Shown in pieces: positions 48,841-63,700 of a DNA stretch of 64,000 nucleotides. Within the stretch, counting starts at the first letter, position 1. Each line of letters starts with the position of its first letter. The position numbers and the translations under genes are program-made. The stretch comes from Harriotta raleighana. Its lineage: Eukaryota. The notes under the pieces are model-generated. The model had not been told where the DNA came from. It did not search any database and worked only from the letters and a program-made list of their open reading frames with translations. The stretch spans positions 3,529,098 through 3,593,097 of the forward strand of contig JBNZDD010013718.1 in NCBI GenBank assembly GCA_050575255.1, written 5' to 3'.

Positions 48841-51800
48841 TTAAGAATTCTGTTTGAGACAGCCACAATGAGCGAATACCAAGTGTAAAAGCCACCAGGC
48901 ATTGGAGGCAACTACCCCCGTCCCTATCCCAGAGTCACCGAATTGGGCTAATGTAAAAGGCAAAACTCTTGAACACGAGCTTCATCAATTCAGCGATGCA
49001 CTCTCCATTTCCCCCCACGCACCAAAACAAACAGTAACAATGAATGGTCAGAAATTTCCATTTTTCTTCAAAGAATTGAAAACATTTATGTTAAATATAC
49101 TGTGTATATATATATGACAGGATCTACATTTGTTGCTAATAATCCAGTTACTAACGGTATAATGGTGTGTTACATCCACCTCAATGCTAAAACACCCAAA
49201 ACCTCATTACTTTTACACAGAGTGACATTTATGCATCGGTATCACTGACAGTTGAGAATTCGGGGATCTATCTGTTCATGCACAGCGCCATTTTTAATTT
49301 TGTTTTTTACATAACTTATTCCTTTCCATTTACCTCTGCTCCTTGTTTCAGATATGTTTGAGCCTTTATTGTTTTCTTCCTCTTTTTCCCATCCCCATGC
49401 CTTCATTTAATTTGAAGATACAAACAAACAGTTTTATCCTGTGACTCCTACAATGTTACTGATAAGAAATCTCTTGCCACAAATATAGAGCAAATAAGGG
49501 GATACTGATCAATTGAAGTTCACATTCTTTAGATCAAAATTGGAGTAAATTTGCTTTTCTATATATTTTCCACCATCTCAGTTGAATGTGGGTCGGGCCA
49601 GATCAACATTGTTCACGGCAACACCACAAGATAAATAAATAAATAAAGCATACATGGACAATTTCATCTTATTCCTTAACTCCGTCTGAGATATATTTCT
49701 TTCTCTTTCCCCTTCCTCACATTTGACTTATCTTTAATCCTTTCTATCCCTTAACCACCCTCCGCTTCATCCCCTCATAACATTTACAAGGCACATATGT
49801 CTTGTTTGTAAGCCTTGCATTTTCAGAGCTGCTTAGTTTTGTACCCGAGCCACATTACAGTCAGCAATGCCACCTGGGCCTAGTGAAAAGCTTAGCCAGT
49901 AGTAATGCTAAGGGCACACCATATGACCTACGGTATATATGACTGTAACACCTTAAGGTCAAAGGTTTGTTCCAATTATTATAAATCCAATGGATAATGT
50001 AATAAGCAAGATTAAAGTAGCCTTTACATCATTGTGGAACAGAATTAAAAAATAACATCTGTTAACTTTTCACTGCCAAGGAAGGATGCTGCAGGTAGCT
50101 AACACATTGGACTTTGGAAGAGCAGATAGTGAGGACACCCTGCTGCCTGCTCGTACAGGTCAGAGCAACAGCTTGGCAAATGTCAGAGGGCATGGTGTAT
50201 GTGGTGATGATTGGTCAATGAAAGACATTACTTTGAGGATAGAAACAGAAAATAACCAATATGTTTGGAATTAAGGCAAGGAATGACGGGTAAAATGCAT
50301 AAGAAGCTTTATGGGAGCTTTGTGAACCTGTTTCATATTTGCTTTTAGCAAACAGGGCTGTGCTGTGGCTCTGGCAGGCTGGCATTAGGCAAGCAGAATA
50401 ACAAATCCCAATGCATATTCAAATGAGTCCAACCCTCAGATTGCTGAGTCCATGCCAGATGTTGTCTGTGCCTCATTCACTGCACATGTGTCACATTACA
50501 CAAAAACCAGATAATCATTACCGATGATTATAAGAGACACCATGTCCAGTCATCATATCACTTACATTTATGCAGAACATTTGTGACAGGGGTTGAAGGG
50601 AACAGAATGCAGCTGTCCAACATGAACTCCCTTTCAAAATAATCAAATAAAATGGCCTGCTGCTCACTGACAGACACAGAACTCTGAGCAGCAGCTGTAG
50701 ATTTTTTTTAAAGGCAATCACCAATTATGGCATCACGTATGTGATTAGGACAAAAATTGCAGCAAGGCTTTTAATTTTGTCAGGCAAGAGAGATATGCAG
50801 CTTAACCTGCTCATCAGATCATATTCGACTTCAGATTCTATCCGCTTACTGCACTCCACAACTCAATGCAATTGCCTTAGAAGAAGGCAGGCACGTTGCA
50901 GACAAACTGACATCATGTAATTTGTCTGTAAACTCTATTGTTTCTGGTAGAATAAAAATATGGTCATCGAGGGGCGGGAGTGAGGGGGGGGGAGGAAATG
51001 TGGGGTGGAGGTGGCGTAGAATCATCTTCCTTCCAAAATTAAATTGCAATTACTACAATTCCAGAAACTGGAAATATTAATGAAATATTCCGGGGAGAAA
51101 GATGCCAGCTGGGTCTACATGTACTCTATGTGGCATTTCAGAGGTTCCAGAATTTGCCAAATTCTTAAACACAGCCTGCAATTTGAAACAGGCTTTGTGT
51201 AAGTTAGTTTAAGAAGAGACAGAAAACCAACAAGTTTAAAATGAATTTCAACAATTTGTCAGATGCTGCATGGAATAAAATGGTGCATGAACAGAATAAA
51301 CATAGTCTCCCAAGATAAATTTCTCTCTTATAGTTTCAACAACTTTTGATTATTGGCATGATTAACTCTTTCGGTTCTTGAAACGAGTTTCCTCAAAACG
51401 TTTCTGGCTGCAGTTTATCAACTTCATCTGTTGTACATGGGAATTATTTTAAAAATAAATATTTTTGTCTGTAGTATTTTCTTCAGTTATATAATTTCGA
51501 ATACTAAATCTGTAAAATCGTTGGGGAAAGCAATCAGATTGTTTTCCTTCGTCAATTTGGAAAATGTATTAATTTATTCGCATTTGTATATTCTTTAGCA
51601 CAAGTCAAAGAGCGCACATAAATGAGGGTTTCTTTTCCTCCTTGTCTTGAAATGAAATCCATTTACAATCACTATATTTTAACCCTTTTACATAGACAGT
51701 GCCAAATGCAACCAGCACAAAATTTACCAAAGTAGCTATAAATGGCTTACATATTTTGCATTAAATTTTCTTTCAAAAATGAACCTAATTTCAGTTTAAT

Positions 51801-52822
51801 ATCATTTCAGAATGCAGTTGTCAAAATTATTTTCTTTTATTCTCTTTGGTGGTGATTTTACTGACTGCCTTATTGTGCCCATTACATAAAGAGTTTAAAA
51901 TCTCTCTGTTGGACTGGAGGAAGTTGTTGATAAAATGCTTCAATGATAGTTGGCTAAAACAATCTTTCAGTGACATGACATCAAAGGTTCTGCATAGTTA
52001 ATGTTAAATTTATTCACAAATTAATCACTTTTAGAATTGATAACATAATGATAAGCAATTTGTTTGTATAATATTGAAAAAAGGGTTTGCTGCTTTTAGT
52101 TACATTATATTAATCAAAAATGTAAACTCCATTCTGTGCAATCTGTTCTATGCTGTTTTTCCAATAATTTTGATAACATAATTTGAATTATGACTCCATT
52201 CTGAGGGGAAAATTAACAGTTTTAATTATTTAATTTCTATTCATTACAAATATAATGCAACATTCAGCCACAAAAAGGTTTTATGGGAAAACTAATAAAC
52301 GCTGCCCATTGTAACCTCAGCAGAGCTGGAGGATTTAATTTCTCCCCAACCCACACCCCCCAACAATCATTTTACATTAAAAAAATCTTCGGCGACAAAG
52401 GATGCTGCTCAAATTGATCACATTCGAGTGGGGATATTGCACAAAGTGCACTTTTGTTAAATAAAACTGATTTTGAATATTGGCTGTTTCGATGTGAAAT
52501 ACAGCAGATTTTGTAAAGGCTTCATAACTATAAAATGTTGCTGAGTCTATACTGAGTACGCATTCATTGTTGGATGGAGATTGAACAATACAAGACTGAT
52601 GTGGACCAAAGCACTGCTGATTTTGTTTAATTATTTCTAAAGAAATTATAATTTTCAGTACGTCTGAAACTTTGTTCAACTTGAGTATTCATTTAGTTTA
52701 GATATTCTTAAAGGAGACCTACTCGTGATTTCAAATATTTAATATCCTGAGTTACATGCAATTAGAGAGGTATTTTGGAACCTAACTGTATGAATAAAAG
52801 TGAACTAGCTACAATGAACCTT

Positions 52823-52863
52823 GTGAAGAGATGAGAATAAAGCGTGAAGAGATGAGAGTAAAG
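52823..52863. repeat. 21-bp tandem duplication
   Basis: gtgaagagatgagaataaagc / gtgaagagatgagagtaaag. Confidence 0.85.
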
Positions 52864-55699
52864 AATCTTAATAATTGCTACTGTGTTCTCTGAATGGTGT
52901 GAAACTTTTGACCTCTTCATATGATCTAACATAATATAAAATTATGCAAAATTACAAGTGTTTTTCTGTACTTAAATGTGTTTCATACTGAGAATAATAA
53001 AATAAAGTTTTAATTATAATTTTACTAGATTAAATCAGTGACAATAATATGCTTCAAATGAAAGGATGATCCTTTCTTTGAAATATACCTTTGAAGCAAT
53101 ATAGATGCTGTGCATAAAGTTACGATTTTACCAAGCATTTGAATGCTTATGCAAAATTAAAACTAATGATTTTTAGGTATGTTTTTACAAATTGAATTGC
53201 TATACTTTATTAAAATAAACATGTAATATATCTAATGCCTGCACATATTCAGCTATTGTATTAATAAACTGGAAATATTTTCTGAAATGAAAACATATTA
53301 TAACTTTAATATTGATATACTGCATCCACATAATTGAATCAACACATGAAAAACGTAAGTTTAAAAGTACTAAATGAAGCAGAAATCATTGCTTGTTGGA
53401 GACCCATCACTTTCATATTAATTTATACTGTAGTATGTTGGTATTCTGCAGCACAATTGTTGCTTATTTCATCTTGTTTGGTTGTCGTAATGTTTTTATA
53501 TCATTTCACAGCCACAGTTTAATTCATATTGAACTATCATGTCATTAGAAGGCTGGATATAAAAAGCAGGGCTGCAGTGCAAATCAGCCAATGTCCCTCT
53601 TGTCAAGATATAATGAATAGAGTGGAAACATGATCACATCTCATGGGTACATCATTAACATCACTACAGATGGGCATTTTTATACAGAAACGCATATAAG
53701 CAAATTTAAAACATAATATTTCTATATCCCTTTTAATAAATTATTTTATAATATTACTGTTTCCTCTGCATTGCATACAAACACTGGTTGACTCTGTATT
53801 GAACTAATTAAGAACCTGTATAAAAACTGTCAAGAAAATACTTCTATGGTGGTTAATAAGGTAAATATGGTTGACTGCTTCCGTATTTTAAACATGCAAA
53901 ATAATAAGTAGAAATGACATTGATCAGAGTTTGAAATCTATGCAATAAATGTTTTTGGACTAAAAAGTCGCTATTAATCAATAACTATGGTAATTCTAAT
54001 ATAAACCACTATATCAATAGCTATCATTAGAATGCACAAGAAGACCTTTCAAAAAGACCCGCAAACATTGTTTAAATAATAATGGGTCCTGATGGAATAT
54101 GTTATTGAGTTATCAATGCACGTTCACCATTTATTCTACAATAGATTTTCTTCATTTCCTTATATGTATAAAACACTGGGCAAAGCAGAAACCTGACAGT
54201 TGGTCCATTTGCACTTTAGGCAAACGATGATTACTTTTATTTGATCTTGTGTCAAAATTCTGTGGTTCAAAGTAGAATTATCAGGTTTGCCCAATTGATT
54301 ATTTTTCACATTTTCACCAATTGAACACATGTATTGTTAAATGGAACTACCTATTGAAGCCAGTGAACATGTTTATCTGTTTATAGGCAAAATATTATAT
54401 GATGTACTCAGTGCCAATTTATTATACATATAGTAGCTGATTCTATCTGATAAGAAAATCGCATTTCTGTAATATATTACAATTTGTATTGTTTAAAAAT
54501 AAAGCAAATCATATTTCTATAATCTTTGGAGAGAAGCAGTGGTCAAAGAGCTTTATTAATCATGTATTAATAATTATAATATATTCCTATTAGCATAAAC
54601 CTTGTTACCTAAGATTTGGTAATCATGAATATTTTAAACAATATAAATGAAATATGTTTATGCAATTTAGTCAATGTCTTTATAATTACTGATGTTGTAA
54701 GTAAAGTATTACTTTGCTTTATTTGACCTCTTTCAAATGGCAATTTTCTGGTTACAACTCATTTCACTTCATACAGAGGAGTAGATTTTCTTTGTACAAT
54801 TCCCTGATAGCACAATTTTGTAGTTTTCCTATTAATAGTGAATACATATCAAATATTTCAAACAATTGAATAACTACCACAAAGAGGATTACAGTAAAGG
54901 TAGGGGGTATATTCTAGAATGTTTCCAAATGAAAAGTCAGTTTACAAACTGTCTTTCATAGAGGATACATATTGTCTGATACACTAATTATAATGCACAT
55001 GAGTTCATCATTTCTATGAATAAAACTGACATTCTTCTTAGCTCAGAAAACTTAAAAATGAAAGAAAGATAACATTTAAACAACAATTAAAAATATTATT
55101 TACACATACTCTTTCAAGAGACAGTAAATTATTTAATCATTCAGTACTTTCATAGCCTTGCTCTTGTTCTAACAAATTAAGCCACTTGGTGCTGATAATT
55201 ATTTATATTAATTGATTCAAAATGCCTTGACTGAATTGTTTAAAATAGTTGCTTAAATTTGCTCTTCTGGAGACAGAAAACATTTGTTTGGTAAATTTGG
55301 TGGCTTGTTTCCATTTTGTATTTATAATAATGTATTGATTTGTTCAGATACAAGCAATAGATATCTGAATATAGAAGTCACTGGTAACACTCAGCAGGTT
55401 AGTCAGTAGTTTTCGCTGTAACCTTAAACAGGCATAATAAAATGTGGTGCTTTATTAAAAATATAAAGTTCAAATGAGTTATAATAATCATCAAACTATT
55501 ACCAACCCAAAGAACTCGAAGTAGCACAATAACTTCTGAAGAAGTTGAAAAAGGAAGATTTTTTTTTGCAGTTAACCTCCGAGAGAAAAAAAAGTTTTTC
55601 TCTTAGTAAATGTCACAATAGCCTTTATTTTTAGCCAACGTCATCCGATCAAAGTACTTTAAAAATAATAATAAACAAAAGACTCAGCAGTTTGAAACA

Positions 55700-56020
55700 G
55701 ATTAAATATCAGTTTGAGGAGCATTTCCCTGACATCCAAGGAATATATTGTCAGGCTCAGTTCAAACATTAATCACATATTCTGTGAGATAGGAGCAGTC
55801 CTTTTGTTGACCTGCTCTATGTAAACAGGCACTGACATGAAAAAATATATTAAACCCTCAGTGCGTCTGAAGCCCTTGTGTCTGATGCCTGTCAAATCAG
55901 GAGAGATGCCGTTATCAATTGAAGGGAATCAGTGATACTGTTGGCAGAGTGCTCTGCTGCACACATCTCCAGTTCAGCTCTGGGAGGTGACTGCAACATT
56001 AAAGGATGACTCAGTTGCTG
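55700..56020. promoter_or_regulatory. Putative enhancer-like block
   Basis: A complex island in very AT-rich DNA with a forkhead TGTAAACA, TGTCA/TGACA sites, SOX/TCF-like CTTTTGT and AP-1 TGACTCA. Inference. Confidence 0.3.
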
Positions 56021-57699
56021 ATAAAAAAAAAGAGAATATATTGTATTCAGCTTTAGTAATTTTTTTTTGCAAAATCACAAGAAAGCCTAACGCTTTTGAA
56101 ATAAACAATTAGCAGGAGGTCTAGGTTTAGCTAGGTTTTTGTTTCCTACCTTTGACACTTTGTGGCTTGGAGGCATCTTATTTCTCAATCTTTTCAGGAC
56201 ATTTTGAAGTAATTCGTATGTTTCACATTTGCACCATTCCATATTTTGGTGACGCTTTGAAATGACTAAAGTACCATAGCTGCTGGTGAGTTCTGAGGAA
56301 TGAGCTATATGCTCCCTTTTTACAGTGCTGGCTTTCTTTCTTCTGCCTGTCCAGTGCAGCGATGTCCCCTTTTGCCTCACAGAGCAGCTGGACTGTGACC
56401 TTCAGGATTTCAGAAAAAAGCATTCTTTCTGTCCCAGTTTCTCCCCTCCCACTGACACCGTCCCATTCACCATTACAGATAACTTCATCTCCAGGATCAT
56501 TGTATCAAATTCAATGAGTGTTTCTTTAACATAAACTAAACATTGGACATGAAGGTTATGTTTCAATTTGGGGAAATGGTTGAGGCCTGTAGTGCACAAC
56601 TGCATAGCTTTGGCAATCTGAAGGTAAAACTGTTGAAGTAAAAACTAATCCTCATCTGAAGTGTTTAGTTCAGGAATGAAAGTGATGTATTCTTGCCGGT
56701 TGCCAGTCCCCAACTCTTAAGCAGGAACTTTTAAAGTCTTTCTTTTTGTATTTGGGGATTTAAAACTTGTCGTTATTTCGCTCTAGCAAACAATACTACA
56801 ACATTGGATGCTTTGGGTTCTGCTGTTTCTAAAAGAATGCTGGATTGTTTGTGTAGAGGTGTACTAACCATTTGAAGGGATTTTGGTTTAAAAGGCAAGA
56901 AGTTTATACATTTGCGTTGGAGTTGCAAAACACTGTTGATATTCAAATGTTTATTGTCCAAAATCTGGGATAAGCTTCTGCCTGAGAGCCTCACTAAGTG
57001 CCTACAACTATTGCTAATTCCTCTCAGCATTGTATGGCAGACAATAGCAGTAATCCCATTTCACTTTTTTAAAAAGCCTGGTCTATTTTCTCCCAGATAA
57101 ACCAACAACACTACCTCAGCACACACACAGCAGAGGGTCAGGGATAGGGTTGTGTGTTTATACTTTACTGCACTCTGTGTTTTTTGGCTGAGGTTAGCAG
57201 GAACTAAATTGGTCCCAAGGCCCCGGCCATCTTTAGAAGGAAAAATAAACCGTCCAAGACCAAAATACTTATTAAAAATAATTGATTGGATAAAATCAAC
57301 CCATAAGAAGCAATGATTCATTTACATTAACTGGTCTGAACAGTGTGAGAAGTTGTGGAAATCTGATTGATTTTCACCTTTGTGTTCAATCAATTTTAGT
57401 TTAATGTTATTGGATTACAAAGTAGTTATCCCAGCAGTCAGTTTTCTTCTGTGTCTGGAAGAGCATCTGTTTCTCCAACCATCTCTCACTGCTGTTTCAA
57501 CAACTTGAGATAAAATCTGGCTTGGTTATTTGACTTGACAAAAAGACACAACATTAGGGTTGATATTTTTAGTAAAGTGTGGAGGAATATGGAGGTATAG
57601 GAACAACACAGTGACATTTGCTATTTTAAAATAACTATCACTATAGAAATGTGTTGCGAAATATTGCTCACTTCATGTTAATAATAATAACATAATGCA

Positions 57700-58015
57700 A
57701 TATCATTATCCTTGTATTTTTAGATCATTGTAAAAACTCACAGTGTTTTTTTGTTGAAAAGTGTAGTATCTGAATTTGTTGGCAAATGTAGCAGTAAACT
57801 TGCACACACCAATGGCCCACAAACCACCATGAAGCATGTGTCTATTTAAATCTTGGGATGCAAATTGTTGGCTCGAATTCCAGGAAACCTCTCATCTTTT
57901 TTCTCGTAGTACCACAGGATCTTTAACTAGCCCTTGGTTTAACGCCTCATCTGAAGGATGCCACCTCTGACAGCATGGAGTACCCCCAGCTTTGTATTGG
58001 AGAATCAGCCTTAAT
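57700..58015 (-). mobile_element. Decayed Deu-domain SINE
   Basis: gtaccacaggatcttta...cttggtttaacgcctcatctgaaggatgccacctctgacagcatggagtaccccc..gtattggagaatcagcct is the reverse complement of the Deu core. Confidence 0.85.
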
Positions 58016-59217
58016 ACATATGGCAATATGATTGCTATGGAGTAAATTGCAGCCTAAATTTTGCTTATCCTTTGACCAGTTTGTCAGTCTTTAAGAAGAC
58101 TATCACTGTAAAGGCAAAATGAACATCGCCTTCAATTAGGTCACAATAGAAGGGAGGAAAACAAACTCAAGACAAACTACAAAAACTAAAATCCTAGCAT
58201 GTGTATTCATGTTTCAATCTCAATACAATGCATTTCACCAACAATCTCAAGCATTCAAGCATTCATTTGTATCACTCTAAAATTTCCAGAATGATTTGCT
58301 TCAGTGAAACTGACATTCTTTGATTCACTCTTCTGGTAAATACAATGTCAAAGTGAGTTTTGGGGAGATTGCTATCAGAAACAAAGTTTAAACAGAAAAT
58401 TAATGTGAGAACGTGCACAGATGTCTGGAGGAGAGTTTCATGCAGTCCCCAAAGCGAAGATTGAACCTCCAGTTATTAAAACAAATGCTTGTTGATTTTA
58501 TAAATCAGCACTTGAGCAAGACAAGAGTTGCTCTTCCTGTCGTTTGATGACTCCTACTTTCCACTCCCTTCCCCCCACACCCCCCCCCCACCCACCCACC
58601 CACTGATTGTGTTTGATTTTTCTTTATTGAAAATGACACCCCTTCAGGAAGTCCAGATTTTCTTTGGCAGGTTCTTCCCAACACAAGACTTGTGCACTGG
58701 AAAGTCAGCACTAATATCAAAAGTTTTATTATTAATGAGTTGGGCTGAAGTGGGATTTATTGCTCTTTTGTTGTCGTGTTTATGCTGACTTCTCCCTCTC
58801 TTGCTCAACCCATGGAACACTGACATTCCGTGGTCATTGGAAATAACAAGAAACCTCAGTGTACAAGATCCATGTGCTCGAACTCTTGCTTAGTGCAAAC
58901 TAAGCTCCTTTGAGGTTATGCTAAACCTGCAGAGATCATTACATTTTCTGATCAATTTTTTCCTGACCAATATTTGCTGGCTGATTCATCACTGAAAGAA
59001 TCACTAACCAGCTTTACTAATACATTCTTGATTGGTTTTGTTAATGGCCTTGCATTTTATTTAGTTTCTCACGTATCTGGGCTCACAGTGCTTATTATTC
59101 TTTGCAATAAATACACGCTGGGTTTAATTGAAGCTTACCAGCAAAACATGAAGGCTCTTTCTCCCAGATATCGTTAAATATTGTGCTGATATTTGTGCCA
59201 ATTAAAAAAAGTATAAA

Positions 59218-59345
59218 AATAATAATCCTCGTATTTGATATAGCACCTTTTACATTTCTTTACAAGCACTGTACATCATTTACTCAAAAGTATAGAGTCT
59301 GTGTATTTTGTGCCCATTATAACAGACAATTTGTGCACAACTATG
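59218..59345 (-). mobile_element. SINE 3' tail
   Basis: aataataatcctcgtatttgatatagcaccttttacat...caagcactgtaca...caatttgtgcaca. Confidence 0.7.
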
Positions 59346-59414
59346 TGCATGGTTAAAAGGATGGATTAATTTCTCCTTGAGTTAGTTTAAAAACATTTTT
59401 TTGATGGGATCTTA

Positions 59415-59650
59415 AAAGGAATTTAGGAAGAACTACCTTTTGCAGAAGATGGTGAGAACGTGGAACACTCCGCCAGACTCTGTGGTTGAAGTGAAAAGTT
59501 TTAAAACTTAATTAATATGAAAGTTACTGCATACATGAGGCAGATGAGAATAAATGGGTATAGGAGAGGGGATTAAGAGGATGGAGACTTAGAATAATGG
59601 AGTTGAATGGCCTGTTTTCTGTATTGTAACATTCAATGTAATTCTATGTG
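59415..59650 (+). mobile_element. CR1 LINE 3' end relic
   Basis: gatggtgagaacgtggaacactccgccagactctgtggttgaag (V..WN.LP..VVE motif) and the terminal gaatggcctgttttctgtattgtaacattcaatgtaattctatgt. Confidence 0.8.
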
Positions 59651-60717
59651 ATGTTCACTTTCCTTATGTGAACCAGTGCAAAGACTGTACATACGGTCTA
59701 GAGTTTAAACTCTGGCTGAGGCAATAGTCTTGTGCTAGTCTGGATGGCAGTGCTTAATCGGAATGCAACATTCAGCGGATGGAAGTTTTTCTGTGTAGAC
59801 TAATGTAGTTGGGTAACTTCCGTCTCCCACTGGACATTGGTTGTTAAGAATGCATGGGGCATAACCCAATGCTAATGTTCATAGACATACGTGTGATTAT
59901 GATTTAAAGAGAACTTCAATTTGAATGAAATGCATAGGTTAATTGTCAGGTCACTTACCATTACAGACTTGTTTTGTATTTGTATGTGGAATGCACTTAC
60001 TGCGAGAAGTTACTGTATGGCTGCAGAAATTCCTGCAATACTCAGTTTGTTGAAATTTGGAGAAAATGTTCTGGATTGAAATCATTGCAGACACACTCTA
60101 CCCATCATCCTTTTCAAGACAATGACAATTCTCAATTTAGGACAATTCTCCAAAAGGATGGAAATGTGTGCAGATCTATTTGGTGCTGAACTATTTCTGA
60201 GGAAACATACAGGTATGTAGTGATTGCAGGCAGAGATGTCCTAAACTCAGCTGACAAAACTAATTGGACGAGTAACATGCAGCAGAGTTCTTCCCAAGCC
60301 AGAAAGGCTCAACTCCCAACCATATAACATGAGACACAAACCATTAAGTGGTAATTCATAAGTGTTGGAATGATTACCTTAACAATTATGTTAACAACGA
60401 ACAATAAAATGTGTAAACAAAATGCAAACATACTTTATATCTCAGTTTAGTTAGTTAGGTCGAAGTGAAGGATTTAAATGAAATGTAATACTGTTTGTTT
60501 GAGGTCCAGCACTTGAACTGCATAAACGTTTAAACAGATTGCCACACAAGCATCTGCTGATGAACCTGGAACTTAAACAAAGTCATGAGTGGCAAGGAAC
60601 TGGCATAACCTTTGATCTTCACTCAATACATATGTTCAGGACCAAATGAAAAGTCATTTAGAGTAACTCAGTAACTTTTTTGACCATGTGTATTTACTCC
60701 TAATTAGCCCTTTCCTT

Positions 60718-60781
60718 ATAGCGCTTTGGCACGTCCTCCTGACGTGAAACGCGCTCTATAAATGCAATTTTGTTGTTGTTA
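60718..60781 (+). mobile_element. Short young SINE/L2 tail
   Basis: agcgctttggcacgtcctcctgacgtgaaacgcgctctataaatgcaattttgttgttgtt. Confidence 0.85.
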
Positions 60782-63700
60782 TATAGGTATTTGCAAAAAG
60801 AAACGGTCTTAAAATATCAAATATAATATTATGTTTACTTGTTTCTGAAAGTAAATTATATATTAATACACAAAGGGATGATGTAATGTCATCCCATGTA
60901 ACTACAATACTTTTAAAATCAACATTGCCACAATACTTCATTCTAAGCTTACAGGTTGTGTAACCAGACGAGATCGGTTTTGGAAACGTATCATTGGCAT
61001 TTTCATTTGCACAAGAAAAGTGTAAAAAAAAGCTCAGTGAGCAGGGCTGGCAGGCACAGACTGGTATAGAGGAATTCAAAGTGGCAGAAGGCAAGGGATA
61101 AGTACTGAGGCAGCAGAGGGAATAATGCAATAGGAGGTCTGGGAGATAACATCAAGCATAACACTAGAACAGTCCTGGGAAATAGGAAAGACATACTGGG
61201 AGTTAGTGTCAAGAAGGAAGAGAAAAAACCTGCTGTGACTTGTCGCAGAAGACGATGGAGAAACAATAAGGGTGAAAGTAAGAAAGAGAGTACAAAAACC
61301 AACGCAGACCTTCCAAGGGAAAATAGAAATCGTTGCAAAAGTAGCATTTGAGACCCATAATCATCAATCATAAGACACTGCTGTAAATGTAGCACTCATA
61401 ATATAACAGGTGTCAGGAAGAATATCTCGTTTATCTTCACAAAATGGCACTTAAGTCTCTCGGACACTGACTTATTCTGAGTATATTGTACAACTGGGGA
61501 TACAGATTCCCAGGCTTCCCCTTAAGCTTGTGTGAGTGGCTAAAAGGTGTTATTCATGTATGGATTGCTCAAGTACTATGGTCCAAAAAAAATATCAAAG
61601 GGAACATTCCTAAATCAAGGTTAAGTATTGTCAAGTGAGGGTGACTCTAAACTTCTTTCATGTTGCTAATGCAGCTTCAAGTCAAAAAGCCTGTGGTTTA
61701 AAACCGGATACATCTGAATAGATCAAAATATGCTCAGGCCAGATTGAATTTTTTTTCCCAGAAACACTTAAAAAAAACCTCCCCTTGAGCTGTCTGCTTA
61801 TTAATATACATTCCTCAAACAGCTTTTAATGACTAAAATTTTATAAGGCAGTAACAAATTAATTTTACCTGTATACCTACGCTCCTGAAGAGAAATTATA
61901 TTGCTCCTTCATTATCTTATAGCTCTATTTCTCAGGTGTAAGGAAGCATCTGTCTCAAAGTGGCGTATATTCCATTGGTTTTTGGCTGCAGCAAAATATA
62001 ATGTTAGGAACAACAGAATTTAAAGGAATAAAACAAACTATTTACCTTTCAGAAACAATCACAAAATAAAGGGATGAAGAAAAGAGAATATAACATGTCA
62101 AAGAGTATCATGGTGGAAGGCGGGATGTCAATGCTACCCCAAGAGAACTCTTTAGTCTGCTAGTTATTTGCCGGATGCTGTCACTTCAAAAATATTACAG
62201 GAACCTAATCAATGGAGACAGTATCTTATATCGAAGGCACTCACTTACTCTTGTTTGTGAGAACCTCAGCGATAAGAATGTGTCTAAACCTTCTGAGACT
62301 AAAATGGCTTATAGATAACACACACATCCTAGAAAATTGGTATTATTTATTTAAAATAATACAAACATTAGTACTGTATCTGCTATGTTGATCTTTCAGA
62401 TCTCACTACCAATACCAAATGTGTTACAATAATTTCACATCTACCCAATGGCATCTATTCCCCATTGACATACTTTTACCAATACATACTGAGAAATTCC
62501 GTATACCTGCAACTTTCTTGATTAAGACAGCAATTTAGATTGCCCAGAATTGATTTGGTCTGATATCTACTTGTTAAGATTTTGTGAGTCCCCCCAAAAT
62601 CAATATGATTTACTTAAAGATAGCTTAATCAGTGTTATATCAGGTTCATTCCACGAATGGCAACCATACCTTTGATTCTTATGCTTGTGCTTCATTCATT
62701 CCTCTTCACGTTTCAAAAGGATAAGCCAAACGGATAACACATGTGGTTATTACTGTTACTGCACCAATTAAGCCACCAATGCAGTGCCCTGTGACCTGTT
62801 GTCAGAAAGGTTTGTGTCAAATATGAAAGCAACCTGCAACCTGTGCCAATGTAAAGGTTGCACAGAACCCAACACCAAACCAATGCAGCACTCATTTTCA
62901 AGAAAGTAAATCTGTGAAATTTGCTCAAGATTTCAATATGAGATCTTTATACTCTGATGATCATTTTATTGCTTAAGATCCAATGATTTGTTTTGATTTG
63001 ATCTGATTTTGAATGAGACAATATCAGGACAGCAACAACAAATGCACTGCACTCTGATGTGCTAGAAGGGTTCTAAGGGGGAAATCAGAGGGTTAATTCT
63101 CTGAGAATTGACTAATTTACTGGTCACCCAAAAAAAAACTTGCAGCGGCTGCCAAGGTTGGTAATTTTACCGACGATTAAAGGATCACCCTAGAATATGC
63201 AAATGTATACGTGGAGTGAATAGATGTTAACATATTATTGCGGGAGTTATAGAACTTCAAGATATCCAATCATAACAAGAAATATACAGAAGTATAATCT
63301 ACTGACATATAATCAGGAAGCGTCATTTTTAAAAATGCTTTTTGCTCCTAAGAATTCGGTTATTGTTTTATATGTCTTCACTTTGCTGAACAAAACGTAC
63401 CTGTTTTAAGTATTAATACAGCATATTGCAGCATAACACCACACAATCCATGCTGCACACATAATAACTTCGCAAATTATAATAGGTATAATTATCATCA
63501 TGAATGCTATAAAAATAAACAACACTTCACCAGGAACATTGCCTTAATAATGGTATCCCATCATTAAACTGGAAATTGCTAACCTTGTCTTATCTCACAG
63601 CAGGGTGCAGAAATACTGCTGCAGGATAATTGAAAAATTAGTTTCTTTCTACAGATTGATAATATGTCATTCTAATATTTGCACATCAACTGTCTTATTC

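Noticed and set aside
62966-62978. ttattgcttaaga, the 5' part of miR-137
   Set aside because: The match stops after 13 nt and there is no precursor hairpin.
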